A stretch of 64,000 nt of DNA from positions 58,247,704-58,311,703 of the forward strand of contig NC_057718.1 of NCBI RefSeq assembly GCF_004010195.1. Reading direction: 5' to 3'. This DNA comes from Chiloscyllium plagiosum (lineage: Eukaryota). Positions within the stretch are counted from its first letter, which is position 1, and every line of letters begins with the position of its first letter. Shown piece after piece: positions 11,435 through 24,974 of the stretch. The position numbers and the translations under genes were made by a program. The notes below the pieces were generated by a model. That model made no database searches. It was not told the DNA's origin and saw only the letters and a list, made by a program, of their open reading frames with translations.

Positions 11435-12529
11435 TATGCTTCATGAACTGATGAGCAAGCTGATCTTATTGGAATAGTGTGTTCCAGCATCAAGTAGAAA
11501 TAAATACAACAACAGAAGTCTGCTCTACAGACTATGCGTAACATACAATATCATCAACAACAACCTGTATTTATGTAAGGCAATGAAAAGCAATAAAACA
11601 TCTCAGGGCATTTCACAGAATTGAATTGTGAAAGAAAATTTGATGCCAAGCCACATAAGTTGTGTTGGGTTTTACAATATAAAATCTGATATCAGCCGTC
11701 CATCAGGTATTCGAGAACACACTCACAGGAGGCAGGAATGAAACATTTCGAGACATTGCAACAGCAATCACATATAGAGAATTGTTGGCAGCCAGAATCT
11801 GGTCTCCTGAACCCTCACCAAACTAGTCAGGATTTTAATTCAGGAAACTGGGCTAAATTTCAACTTGATATCATTAGAAAATATGTTTATTGCTAATGGT
11901 TAGTTTTAACATTTTCATTACCTTACAGGAAGATTTCTTTCCCTTTTATTTAATGAATGCTTCACTTTTTGTGAGATTCAACTGTTGTCTTTTTGATAAA
12001 TTTTTGACTGGAGTCTTTGGTATTACTCAAAGAACAGAGAGCTGTTCTAATATCATCTCTTATTAACTGTTAAGTGAGGCCATTAGGACTCTGGAACAGC
12101 ACAGCAATGGTACCATAGAGTCACACATCACAAGGTATAATTAGCACAGTGTGGGCAAGTTTAGAGTACTCTCTGGAAGAAGCTTGCAACACTCTAAAAT
12201 GAGAACGAGTCGTGGCAGTGTGTAAAGATAGATTATTCCTTACTCTAAGTCAGAGCCTGGTATACTTATTATTTATCAAGTACAGTAGTATTTATTATTA
12301 AAGTATAATAAGTAACATTATTTTGAAGCATAAAGATAGTCTTGACTTTGCCTTCTCTACTGCTAGTCTGTGTCAAACACAAACTCATATTTTGGCATCA
12401 CACCACATGGTAGAAGATCTAACACACAAAAGGAGCTGTCTGTCATATTTATTAATTTGTATGGAAACATGAAAGCTGATGTAAAAAATTACATCCAGTC
12501 CTCTCCAAAACAAACTGAAACTCGCAGAA

Positions 12530-12792
12530 GCATGACAGTGTGAGCAGATGCTAATCGACCTTTTGGGTCTGCACCAACTCTGAGGACCAACTGACCCAGC
12601 CACAGACCCTACACTATCCCCATAACCCTGTATTTACAATGACTAACCCACTTAGCCTGTACATCCCTGGACATTACAGGGCAATTTAGTATGACCAATC
12701 CGATTAATCTGCACATCTTTGGACTGTAGGAAGAAACTGGAGCATCCAGTGGAAACACATGCAGACATGGGGAGGATGTAGTCCACACAGTA
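12530..12792 (-). mobile_element. HE1-like V-SINE, diverged and headless
   Basis: gcacatctttggactgtaggaagaaactggagcatcc is the reverse complement of the central domain seen at 61806. Confidence 0.8.
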
Positions 12793-13089
12793 ATGGAGGC
12801 CACAACAGCAAATCCAGGTCATACCAGTCTAGCCTAGGTTGAACATAATAATCATGGACTTAGATCTACTTAGTTACTCTTGAACTGAACTCTCTTTCAT
12901 CTTAGAAGTAATAGACAGTTCACAAGTTTTTGCAATCTGACACTTACAACACCTTTTTAAACACTTTTGGGAGACCCAGAATTTACCCATGATGAACTCA
13001 GAGACTGCTATCATTTTTTCCAACCATGAACACCTTACACCATCACCCCAGTTTAGGGCCCCTCTTTAAATCTTTAATCACTGCACTTT

Positions 13090-14560
13090 TTCATTAGGCA
13101 GATCTTTGAAAAACGCAATAAGAAAACCAGAGTGAGCACCTGGCAGATTTGATTTGCTGCTTGTTCTGTACCATCTCCACATTGGGAACCGGGCACCAAC
13201 ATCTCAGGGCATGGTCTGTGGGCACAAGGTGCGCACACATCCCACATCCATGGATATTGGCTTCTGACATATGCCAGACTCCAAGAGCCCTTATGGCACA
13301 TTTCCAATCCACTTACAGGATGTTTCTGTAACTTCAGTACTGCAACTTGAACTGACCTAGCAACTCCCATTAGGATCCAGTTAACGTGCTCAGGGACACA
13401 CACCCAGCTCATTGACTGAACCAGGCTACATCTCCAAGTTTTTCATTCACTGTCAAAGCTCTCACTCACTTTGACCCTACTTCAATGTTCGTTTGCTATT
13501 TTGTGCCTTTCCCCCTTAGTCAGAGATACCAGGCTCATATTACTGCTGTTTTCCCATGGTCTTTGACACAGACACAAAGGCAGGAAGCCTGTCATAGTTC
13601 TCAGTCGGCCTCAAGTCAAGTTAAGGGGGACAGCCTTTGGTTTCCTGCATACAAGGGCAAAGGCATCATCTGATACTGGTTCAGGTCCTGCTTGGGTGGT
13701 CATCCATAAGGGTGAGGAGCCAAATGACAGGAGCACACCACCAGTTTGATTCTTGATGCTCCATTGTGGGCTGTTTTCCTCATGGACTCTGAGAGAGGCC
13801 AGCTGAAAGAGAGGAATCATGGGAGTTGAAAGTTGGTGGCGCAGCTTTTACTGTTGGTACAGGTAGGGGAGTGTCCAGCATGGGCAGGTAGGCACTACAG
13901 AGAGTGTTTAGATTTATTGCTATTGGGGGTTATGGTGGGTGAGAGTATATGCAGAAGAGATTTTGAAGGCAATAGTGACAGTGATAGAATCTTGTTGGGA
14001 GATGATTACATTAGTAGAGCTAGAGTGAGTGTGAGGTATCAGAAGGAAGATGGTGGAACTTACATTGGCAGAGTTGAGAACAGAAGTGACTCCTTCCTAC
14101 CTTGCTGAGCATCCCTCCAGATGGCTAAGACTGCTTTAACCCAGGTGGCAAACGTGGTCCAATGGAGATCTGGTGTTGTGGCCTCCACTGCTGGTCCTTA
14201 GGATGGTGGAAGTTTGCACCATATCATCCAGGAGGACCCAGGACACTGACAATAAAGCAGGGTGTCAACTTGATCATCACCATGCAGGGAAACTCTGGAC
14301 TGATGGTATATGTATAGTGCACAAAAGGCTTTTAAATATGTGTAGAGGCAAAGGAAGCTGGTGAATTCTGGGATATCCACTTCGTGGTGAGTTGTTCCAA
14401 GAAGTGGTAAGATGGGGCACAAACCAGGCGTCGCAGACACCATGGGGCAGGGTACGTAATTAACGAGGCAAATTTGGTAAAATAAGGAGATAAAACTCAC
14501 TGGCTTCATGGCAACAACCCGTCTAAATACTCAACACAACCTTGAACTTAGTCAAGATAT
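13090..14560 (-). mobile_element. PIF/Harbinger-type relic with a degenerate Myb/SANT-like coding segment
   Basis: Inverted homologue of 24975-26410; the minus strand at about 14060-14265 resembles a SANT domain and ends at a GTAAGT donor. Confidence 0.55.
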
Positions 14561-16272
14561 CCTAAGGTTCAGCCAAATGATATAAGTGGTCAGTGCCTCA
14601 CGTGATAGTGGCTATCACAGCAGTTAAGAAAACACAGAACATAACTGAAGGCTTCCTGAATGGCTGACCGCTCTTCCAAGAAAGTAGTAAAATTCTCACC
14701 TCGAAGCAATGAATACTGGTCCCAGCATTATATTTCTCTGGGGCAGCAGTCAGCACTGTGGCTGGCTTCGTCCTCAGATTTTTACCCGGGAGGCCAGGGA
14801 TGATGGCATCCCAAAAACATCCAACCCCAAATATGCAACATCTGAACTTATATTATCAAAGCAAAATATGTGGCAAATAAGTGGTTCTTTATAAAAAGCC
14901 ATATTAACAATGATGAATGCTGTAGGTGCGTATCCAGGCTTTTGTCTCTTTAATTAACAAAGACGCTTTAGTTTGCAATCAGTGTTTACCTTGTCAGTTC
15001 ACAGATACATTTTAAATTTGACATTATTTATCTGTTCATCTGTTTTATTTATGTTATTTCCTTACATTTCTGTGCAGCATTTTTGTCTCTTTGAGATTCC
15101 AAGCTCTTTATTTCTGTGATCATAAAATGTTTCAACGGACTCCTGTATTTGATGTCTTGTATGTATAAAAGCAACAAAAGCAGAGACTTGTCCTTTTTTG
15201 GTTCTCTGCCAATATCTTTTTGATGCTGATCATGTGAATTATATTGTCGAATTGTTCTCTATTTTCTTTTGTGGAATTTATTTTGCTGAATAAGTTATCT
15301 GAAATACTTGGACCAAGGATAATACCAAACGTGTACTGAAAATCACACCAAATGTATCAGCATTTTTTAAAGTAATGTACAATAAATGTCATTAAAACCA
15401 GATAATTGATGGGCACACTAATGGCCCTTAAACTAGTGCACATTAATACACACCAGCTATTTGGTACCAAATCACTTACAAAGTGCGTCACCTGTTGCAG
15501 AAAGAAAAAGGCCACAGAATGTTGGTTTGCCTAAATAAAACCTCAGCGTTATTTTATATGTGTCTTGGGTGGATGTTAATTAAACAGTGTCGTTCCCCTT
15601 TTATCATGTTTAAGACATACAGAAGAGTTGCTGTTATCCAACAAGCATTGGATAGGGTGGTGCCTGTAAATAAAAATAAAATGCCAGCTATCAGGGATTT
15701 ACTACAAAAGTAAGAGGTTAAAAAGAAAACTCTATTGACTCATGTAGTATTGCTTTTGAGCATCTCAGAAAATAAAAGCTGATAGTTGGAGACAATAAAG
15801 ACACCATTTATAAAGCTTACTGGAGAAAGCAATAATTAAGACACTATTAATAGCAAGGAAAGCGATGGATGATGTGAAAACAAATCCTTCTCTGTGCTTG
15901 TCACACTGTGTTCTCCTATGCAGCACTTCCTGGCTGGTTACAAAGATGCATTTTTGCAAACAGCTCAGCCACCTACCCTGTTGGCTCAATAAAGGGAAAG
16001 AAGTAGAAGCCAGAAAAACATAAATAATTTCAAATGAGGAATATCACCTTCAATGAAAAGTCAAATGGTTTAAAGTGTATTTAGTTTGTGGATATCAAAG
16101 GGTGGGAATGATATTAGAGATTCTGACTCATGAAGCATTTTGGTTGCTATGGTGCTAGATAATGTAAATCTTACTCTAGTTGGGCAGGCAGGCATTCCCT
16201 ACATGTCTTCAGGAATGTTGATGGTCTTTTGTTACATTTGCAATCATTGAGGATTGACTTATATATGGAATG

Positions 16273-16493
16273 AGCTGAAAATGTGTTGCTGGATCAGCGC
16301 AGCAGGTCAGGCAGCATCCAGGGAACAGGAGAATCGACTTTTCGGGCATAAGCCCTTCTTCAGGAATCCTGAAGAAGGGCTTATGCCCGAAACGTTGATT
16401 CTCCTGTCACCTGGATGCTGCCTGACCTGCTGCGCTGTTCCAGCAACACATTTTCAGCTCTGATCTCCAGCATCTGCAGACCTCACTTTCTCC
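16273..16493 (+). mobile_element. Palindromic PLE-derived mini-element with paired hammerheads and 14-bp TSD
   Basis: Inverted arms centred at 16366, a ~34-nt tail, and ttatatatggaatg at 16259-16272 and 16494-16507. Confidence 0.92.
16363..16402 (+). ncRNA. Minimal type I hammerhead ribozyme motif
   Basis: ggaatc CTGAAGA a GGGC ttat GCCC GAAA C GTT gattct; helix I ggaauc/gauucu, palindromic ACGU helix III, GUU triplet. Confidence 0.75.
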
Positions 16494-16567
16494 TTATATA
16501 TGGAATGACACAGACTGTGGTATAAAATGTCAATTTTTGCATATAGTAAAAAGGATCATGTCGACCA

Positions 16568-16690
16568 CTGAAGAAGGGTGACTGGAGCCAAAATTTCTCT
16601 CTGCAGGTGCTTTCAGACCTGCTGAGATTTTCCAGCAATTCCTGTTTTTGTTTTTGATTTCCAATATCCGCAGTTCTTTCGGTTTTTTGT
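16568..16690 (+). mobile_element. Degenerate PLE terminal repeat (second subfamily) with tail
   Basis: ctgaagaagggtgactggagccaaaa, then cagacctgctgagattttccagcaattcctg and the tail. Confidence 0.7.
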
Positions 16691-16959
16691 TTGGGAGCAT
16701 GTCAGTGTTGTTGGTAGTGATATTTGAAAGAACCCATGTTGGTTTACATGTGAGAAGACATTTGGTATAAACAAAATGAGATTAGACTTTTTTTTCATGA
16801 GTAGATGCATTGTAGTTGGGAGAGAGAGGAATAAACTGTTTGTATCTTATGATCAACAATGTTTAGAGATGATAGTTCTAATATTCTCCTCTGGTACTGT
16901 TTTCCTCTCCTCAAAACCTGCCATGATCTGACTTACCAGAGAAACACAATGATCCTTCT

Positions 16960-17430
16960 CAGACTTGTATGGCCCAGAAAGGAGGCTATTTGGTCATTGT
17001 GTCGGTGGTGATCAACAAAGATCTGACTGTGCAAATCCTACTTTCCAGCTCTTGGTCCATAACCCTTGATGTTAGAGCACATGAATGTCAAATACTAATC
17101 CAATGTTATGAAAGTTTCTAACTCAACCACTCTTTCAGGCAGTGAGTTCCAAACTCCCACCATACTCTGGTTGAAAATGTCTTCTCTTCAACTCCCCTCT
17201 TAGCTTTAACCCTGACCTTAAAGATTGGTTATTGACCACTGTACTAATGGAGAAAGTGCCTTCCTATCCATTGTATTTATTCCTTTCAAAATCTTATGTA
17301 CCTTGATCAGGTGCTCTTTCAATCTTCTTTGCTCTCAGATAAACAATCACAGCCTATCCAATCTTTCCTTGTAGATCAGACTTTCCAGTTCAGATAGTGC
17401 CCTGGTAATCCCCTCTTCACCCTCTGAAGT
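16960..17430 (-). mobile_element. Old CR1-like LINE 3' fragment
   Basis: caaccactctttcaggcagtgagttccaaactcccaccatactctgg and aacaatcacagcctatccaatc are CR1 3' motifs in reverse. Confidence 0.7.
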
Positions 17431-19911
17431 GTCAATGTTAAACCATGTCTTCCCATTCTTCTTGACCTGGCTTTAGACTTTGACATGTTTGACCAGACCA
17501 TGCTCTTTCAATGCCTTTCCTCTGTTTCTAATTGACTGCCTTTGCTTAACTTGTTCCCACTTTTCCTCTCAAAGCCAGAAAATCATTTGCAACTATTTCC
17601 CTTCCTGTTCCTTTAAGTCATGGAGTATGATAAGGAACTATCTCCTAGCTGTCTTCCAACTTAGCTATGTAGCACCCCTCAACAACTGATCTGTAAATGT
17701 ATAAAGTTCCAAATCCATGCTAATTACCCAGCTTGTTATGTAAAAAAAACCTAAATTCATCTGCTTTCATACCAAAACGTTTCCAGATGTTGGACAATAT
17801 ACCATATTAATAACATTACATTTGACCTTTCATATTATATACTTTTTCTATTTTTTTAAGATTTTATTTTTATCTTTAAAATTACTTTTAATCTAATTAT
17901 TTTTAAGATTTTGGGCATGTGAGCTGCAGCTTTCAATGTCTTCTGAAATCTTTTACATCATTTGTGACATTTCTGTCAAATGAAAGTATAATGATTGCAC
18001 CTTTTTAATGGCTCACATTTACTGAAACTGTATACATAATAGTAACAAGTTCTCAAGCAGAATTAAAGCAAGCTTTTGTGTGTGCATTTAGCATGACCCC
18101 TTTCTTCCAGATTTCATGGGGAGGCATGGGGAAAGATGATTTCAGAGCAGGAAGTGTAAATAGCATGCATAGAAAGTATACTGTACAGAAAACAATATTT
18201 TCTGTATTCTTCCCCGAGCCCCATCTGTTGCCTGAAAACTGATGTGATTTGACTGTGATATATCATCCATATAACAAAACCCTTCTGCAATTTAACTCGT
18301 TATCCTTGTGTAAAATATAGAGCGTTATTCTCATAATTAAGATAAATAAAATTAACCACTAATGCTACATTTTGAAGGATTTTATAAACAATCTGGTTTG
18401 CTATTTCAGGAAAATTGTGACGATTATGCACAAATGTAATTGTGAAACATTTGCTTGCTTATAAAGTTACATACATAATTAAAGATAATTTTCTTTGGAA
18501 TATCATTCAAATTCCCACAGTGGCTGAAGATTCATTTATAATACAAGGCTTTGGGTACATTACATTACTGCTAACCTGCCATCAAATGTCTAGCGTGATA
18601 TTATAATAAATGTTATCCAGTAATGTTCACCTCCCAAACAGCATATTTTACTGAAATTATAAATGACATTATGTGTAAACGGTACACAGAGCACGTCATA
18701 AGCTCAGTGCTTTATTGTACCAGCATTTCATCTGTACCTTTTCAGCACAGAAGAAGCTTCTATGAATCCTAATGAGGTTTCTATCTGTCACTCGAAAGAC
18801 ATCCAAATAAATAATTTCTGTGCTTGTATTTTTCCAGCAATAATTTCAGACTCTTCAATGTGAAAGTTATGGGTTGTAAAATATGTCACTGATTGAAGAA
18901 GCAATATGTCTGTCAGTGCCCAGAGGTTGAGTGTTTAATGTAAGCAGTATTTCACATTCTCCTGGGACGCAAATCAAGATGTCAGAATTGCTGCCTCTTG
19001 CAAGCCCAACATTCTGTATGATCTAAGGAATGTTTAACCTGACTTTCTAGTGATTTGATTGACTATAAGTCACCTCAGATCATCAAGCAAATATTTAAGG
19101 TATGAACAAAGTTTTTAGTTGATTCCAGAGGTTTTATAGGCTGGCAATTAATTCCATTAACTTTCTGGCTACTGTGTCCTATGCTTCTCTACAAATTGTA
19201 AGTGTTTCTATGGCCTAAATTAATTAGAGAGGCAATTGAATAATTTCAGTTATTTACTTGTTTTAATATCTTTTGTTTTTAAATTGGGACTTTAAATTCT
19301 AGATAACTGGCTTATACACTTGCTCTTGTGTTCAGTTAGTTTAAATCGAGGATTGATTAAAAGTACACTCTCAGTAGGCCTGCTGCCTATATTCTAACTT
19401 GCACATGGTTCTGTTTCCCCATCTCTCATCTATGCTAGATCAGTTATCATGCAGGCTTCAAGGGGCAAAGAAGTGGCTTGGGGGCATAGGGAGCATGAAG
19501 GAGACATGGAGCACTGGATAGTGAGTGCATATGGAGACATATCTGCAGGGTTAGGAAGTTTCTCAGTACAAACATCCAGTCTTGACAGGAAAAATCCAGC
19601 TCATTGTATGACGAGTTTGAATCCAGGCTTTAAGGCATATCCCATTACTGCTGCTCCTCTTTTATACATGAGCTGTCTTGTGATCATCCTGAATGAAATT
19701 ACTGTTGTTATGATCATAGAGAAGATAATCAAATTTAAAGTATCTTCTCGTTAGGGACAGTAACTTTTTCTATTTAAAGTTGACCAAATGGGAAATCCCA
19801 AATGCTTACTAAGAGAATAAAGCTGCAACAATCTACAATATGCACACAACTAAGACTCCAATGTTCAGCATTAACATGAGGTAAATATGAGTAAGCAAAT
19901 GTGTGTGGTCA

Positions 19912-20106
19912 AAGAACATGGGAACTGCAGTAGGCCATTCAGCCCCTTGAGCCTGTTCTGCCACAATGAGGTTGTGGCTGATCTGTGGCCTATATCCCTT
20001 AATACCTTTGCTTAATAATAAAAAAAATCTACCTAGGTTTTAAAGTGAACAACTGATCTCGCATCAACTGCCTTTTGTAGAAGATAGTTCCAAACCTCTG
20101 CCACCC
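19912..20106 (-). mobile_element. CR1-like 3' UTR fragment
   Basis: gtaggccattcagccccttgagcctgttctgcca...atagttccaaacctctgccaccc. Confidence 0.65.
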
Positions 20107-20829
20107 ACAGTTCCCACAGACTCCATGTTCAGTAGCCAATTTGGTGAAGGTAGATTCCACAAATTTGTCAGCTACCCCTCAGAGATTAATGGCACTAGCG
20201 GACACCAAATCTCATTAAGACTGTGTCTCCTTTGGAAGGAATTCTGATTCTTCACACTTGAAAGTCTAGCTTCAAAGCTTCCTCACACTCTAACTCATCA
20301 CAGTGAATAATCATATCCTGGAAGTTCAAACCTTTGGCATCCTTTGGATTCTCAAGGCTGTGTCCCAGTGTCGACTCACAAAACAAATTCTAGCTCCTTC
20401 ACAAACAACCAGCTTCTCTAAGCTGACACTACTCTGAGGGTTTCTCTGAGCTCCATTATTTCTCAGTGAGAAAATGCTGCATGTGGGTTTCCAGGGACTT
20501 CTCCAGCCCGAGCTATCTAGAGTCTGCTAACATCAGCACTCTCACAATTGCAAAGTCACATGCAGTTTCGTAATCCAACCTTTTTTTAGTGATTAACCTC
20601 TCAAAGCAATGTAACCACAAGCTTCTAAAGGTAGGAGACATTAAGGTGCTTCAGTTGCATTTATTCTACATCTTCAATTAAATTTTAATTCCTAAATAAA
20701 AAAAAGTACTGAACCATGAAGTAAATATTTACAATCTATGACAACAAGCTTTTTCCAAAGACACAATAGCTGGGACCAGTGGAACTTTGACAGTCAGTGG
20801 CTGGTGAGCCCAGATGGGGGGGTAGGCGA

Positions 20830-21440
20830 TGGGGAACTCAGACCAGTTTGGGGGAGAGGGTGCCCTTGTGGGGATGTGGGCCCAGTGTGGGCAAGAGGCT
20901 GTCCTCATGGGGAGTGTGTGCCCAGTTTGGGAGAGAGAGTACCCTAATGGGAGTGGTCTCCCCCAGTGTGGGGGAGCGAGTGCTCTCGTGGGGAATGCGG
21001 GCCCATTGTGGGGGATAGGGTGCCCTAGTGGGGAGTGCGGGCCCATTGTGGGGGAGAGAGTATCCTAGTGGGAGTGTGGGCCCAGTGTGGGGGAGAGAGT
21101 GCCCTAGTGGGGAGTGTGGGGAAGAGAGTGCCCCATGGAGATGTGAGCACAGTGTGGGCAAGAGGCTGTCCATGTGTGGAGTCTGGGCCCAGTATGGAGT
21201 GGGGGGAGTGCCCTCTTGAAGACTGTAGGCCCATTGTGGGCAAGAGGCTGTCTGTCCGTGTGGGGAGTGTCGGCCCAGTGTGTGGGGGGAGGGGGGGGGA
21301 AGGGTGCCCTAGTGGGGAGTGTGGGCCCATTGTGGGGGAGAGGGTGCCCTCGTGGAGATGTGGGCCCAGTGTGGGCAAGAGGCTGTCCTTGTGGGGAGTG
21401 CAGGCCCAGTGTGGAGGAGAGGGTGCCCTCGTGGCGAGAG
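20830..21440. repeat. G-rich minisatellite, unit about 40 bp, about 15 copies
   Basis: gtgggcccagtgtgggggagagggtgccctagtggggagt alternates with the variant gtgggcccagtgtgggcaagaggctgtcct. Confidence 0.92.
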
Positions 21441-21734
21441 TGGACCTTATTACTCTTGTGTCAGTATGTCTGATTCTGGTATAAATGTTCAAGTTGAAGG
21501 GTACAGCATGTTGTTATTACCTAGCACATGATTCTTGTGTAGTGGAAGATAACTTTTAATATTCGGTCTTAACCATGGGAAATGTCCACATCCAGCTAAG
21601 AAATGATTTGCAGCCCTGAATTAGATAAATTCAACCAAGCTTGGAACTCATTGCACTAAAAAGATTGGGGCCATAATGACTTAAGAGGTTAGAAGGTAGA
21701 AAATGAGCATGAAACAACAGCTTTAATTAGCTAA

Positions 21735-21910
21735 AGAGACAGGTAACCTCACAACCTTTAAAAAGTACTTGGATGAACACTTGAAGTATCATAATATTCA
21801 AGGCTATGGGCTAAGTGCTGAAAAGTGGGACTAGTATAGATTTATTGTCATTCTGGAAGTACAGACCTCAATGGGCTGAAAAGCCTCTGCTGGATGGTAT
21901 GATTCTATGA
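21735..21910 (+). mobile_element. CR1-like 3' UTR fragment
   Basis: tttaaaaagtacttggatgaacacttgaag...caaggctatggg...atgggctgaa...tatgattctatga. Confidence 0.7.
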
Positions 21911-23389
21911 ATTGGAGTCATGCAATAATTTCAGTAAAACCAATCTGGAGTGATATTTTGTTTTATAAATTAGAGCTCAATGAGTCTAATCACCTTTGGT
22001 TAATTCTGGTTTCAAGATCTATATATTTCCTCCGATGAAAGATCTAAAAATCTTTTTGAAGATATTCAAGACCATTGCATTTTATCATGGATATGTGTGG
22101 AGTCAATAGAGATTCTCTGGCCTCAATTTATCTGGGACTGAATTCAATTTTGCTGAGGTTTAGTTGCAGCTTCTATGTTCGGTTTCCAGTTCACTGAGAA
22201 GAGAAGCAAAGTAAATGATAATTGATTTATTTAAACAGAGAATACTGACTGCATCTTTTGCCACATGGAATGTGGGTGAGATTAAATCTCACTTTAATTT
22301 TGTGAGGGCAAAGATCCTGGAATATGAGATAGTTTGGAGTTAGTGAAGACAATTGTAGCGGTCCTCCCAGACCCTCATGCATAAGAAAATCAACAGAATT
22401 GGCTGAGAAACATTGAGAACACAAGAACAGAGGATTGAGGCAGTCATAGTCTAGAAGTATGAAAAATGTCTTATCTCAGAGAATAGTTTGCACTGAGAGC
22501 ATTAAAGTGAATTCCTGATGATTATGGAAAATACTTTTGTCCGGTACCTACAGAAATTTAAGGTTGATGTGTCTTATAAGGAAAAGGCTTGGGGGAAATA
22601 AGTACAAATGAGTGCATAACGTGCAGTTATAAGCTTTTATTTTGTTTAAACCTTTCAAATACAATTTTTTTTTGTTTATAAAACAAAAGCCTTGTGGTGT
22701 ATTCCTATTGGTTAATCACAGGATGTCTGGATTTCTTTTTAAATATTAATAATTCCTAACAGGATTGTGATAAGCAACACATGGGTGCCAGTTTTGCAGC
22801 AGCTGAATAAAAACAGCTGGCGCAGACATGGGGCAATCCATAGTGCAGAGTGACAACTAAACTTTTGAAATTGCTTGAGACACTCTATATTAGAGTAGAG
22901 GGTAGAGGAGGTTGGACCTGATGGCCATCATTGATAACACATATGCTTCACTGCCACGTTCAAAATCACATGACATTCCTTATTGAGGATTAGTGTCTAT
23001 AGACTGACAATCAGATAGCTATGTATGGTAAAAGATGAATACAAGGAACTTAACAATTCAATCAAAATTCCTGTTTGTAGGCTGACAACAATAATACCTC
23101 TGGCAGTAACATTTTGAAGACAATAAGAAATGAGTGCAAAACAAAATGACAAAAGATACCCAGAAATGATAATTTAAACATCGTGGCTGAATGACATCTC
23201 AGAAAGAAACTGAGGACCAAGGAACTCGACAGCTTTATGCATTCATTTTCAGATCAGTCGTGTTTTGCTTTCCTCCGATTATACAAAGATTATGATTTAT
23301 TTTGAACATACTGTACTACCTGTAAAAGTAAAATCTCTGGCTGTGAATTCTAAAATCTGCAAAATATAATTGTTTGGAGACTGAAATTA

Positions 23390-24945
23390 TCAGTGAACAT
23401 TCCAATTTCTGACCTTATACTGAAGGGTCATTGCGTAAGCAATTGAAGAGTGTAATATCTCTCTCAACTTCATTTTTTTTGCTATGTGTGGACCAAACCA
23501 GCAATGAGGTCAAGAGTTGAATAGCCCTGTCAGAACCTAAACTGAGCATCTGCAAGCAAGTTATCACTAAAACGTGTCACTCGATAGCACTGTTGCCATG
23601 ACATTCCATCACTTCGCAATGATCAAGAGAAGATTGGTGGTGCAGCAATGGGCTACATTGAATTTGTCCTGCTCTTTGTGAATGGGCCATATCTAGGCAA
23701 TTTTCCACATTGCCGAGTAAATGTCAGTATGACAATGTGTTGGAGGAGCTTATGTAGGGGCGGGACAAGTTCTGGAGCACTCCTCTTCAATACTATTGCT
23801 GGAATGTTGTCAGTGTCTATGGCCTCCAGTATCTTTAATTGTTTCTTGGTGTAACATGGAGTGAATCTAATTGGCTGAAGATTGGCATCTGTGATGTTAA
23901 GGGTCTCCGAACAAGGCCGAACTGAGTATCCACTCAAGGCTTCTGCCTGAAGATTGTTGCGAATGTTTCATTCTTGTCTTTTGCAATGATGTGCTAGGCT
24001 TCCCCATCCTTGAGGATGGAAATATTTGTGGAGGATCCACCTCCTACTGTTAATTGTTTAATTGTCTGCCACTAGTCTTAACTGGATGTGGCAAAACTGC
24101 AGAGATTAGATCTGATCTGTTAGTTGTGGGATTGCTTAACTCTATTTATTGTGCGCATTTTTGTAAATAGTCTTACGTAGTAGCTTCACCAACTCATTTT
24201 TAGGGTTTGCCTGCTGGTTTTCAGGCATTCTGTCCTGCTGTCTTCATTGAATCAGTTTGCCCTGCCTTGATAGCAATGGCACAATGTGGGATATGCCAAA
24301 CCTTGAGGCTACAGTATGTGCTTTAATGCAATTCTCCTACTGCTGATGGACCCCAGCTTGAGTTTGTATATCTGTTTAAAACCTATCCCATTTTGCATTG
24401 TAGCAGTGGCACGCAATGTGCTAGAGGGGGCGCATAAAATGAAGACTGAACTGGTCACTACAAGAACTGTGCAGTGGTCACTTCTACAGATAATTTCATG
24501 GACAGATGCATCTGCAACAGGTCGATTGGTGAGGGCAGGTTGATATGGTGAGAATCTGGACAAGTATGTGTGTCCTTCTTGTTGTCTCCTTCATCACCTA
24601 CTGGAGATTCAGTTCGAGCAGCTCTGTCCTTTAGGATTCAGTAAGGTCAGTCAGTAATAGTGTTGTTGAGCCATTCATGTGCTGGATACTTAAGTGCCCT
24701 ACTTATAGTGTATTTTGTACTCTTGCCATTCTCAGTGCTAATTTTGAGTGCTGTTTAAGTGTTCCAATGGAGGGGTATGGACTCCCCAGCTGGAGAGGGG
24801 ATAGAGGTGTAGGGGAAGAAAACAGCATCAGTTAGAAGTTTTTGCGCTCCTGTTTGATCTGATGCCATGCAATTTCATGAGGCTTGGAGCCAATATTGAA
24901 GACTCCCAGAGCAGCTTCTTCCCTACAAATGGCACTGTGCCTCCA
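23390..24945 (-). mobile_element. Degraded LINE ORF2 (endonuclease linker and RT N-terminus)
   Basis: ITDANLQPIRFTP...DNIPAIVLKRSAPELVPPLHKL matches the GPDxIP..VLK..APEL non-LTR RT N-terminal motif; an SDHCTVLV endonuclease end motif is present in the 24309-24563 ORF. Confidence 0.8.
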
Positions 24946-24974
24946 CTGAACTTTTACAGGAGTTTTGCAATTCA

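Noticed and set aside
20830..21440. CRISPR-like periodicity
   Set aside because: The units are contiguous with no unique spacers, there are no cas genes, and the context is eukaryotic
20729..21531. Many overlapping ORFs up to 155 aa
   Set aside because: They result from a stop-poor GC-rich minisatellite that is open in most frames on both strands
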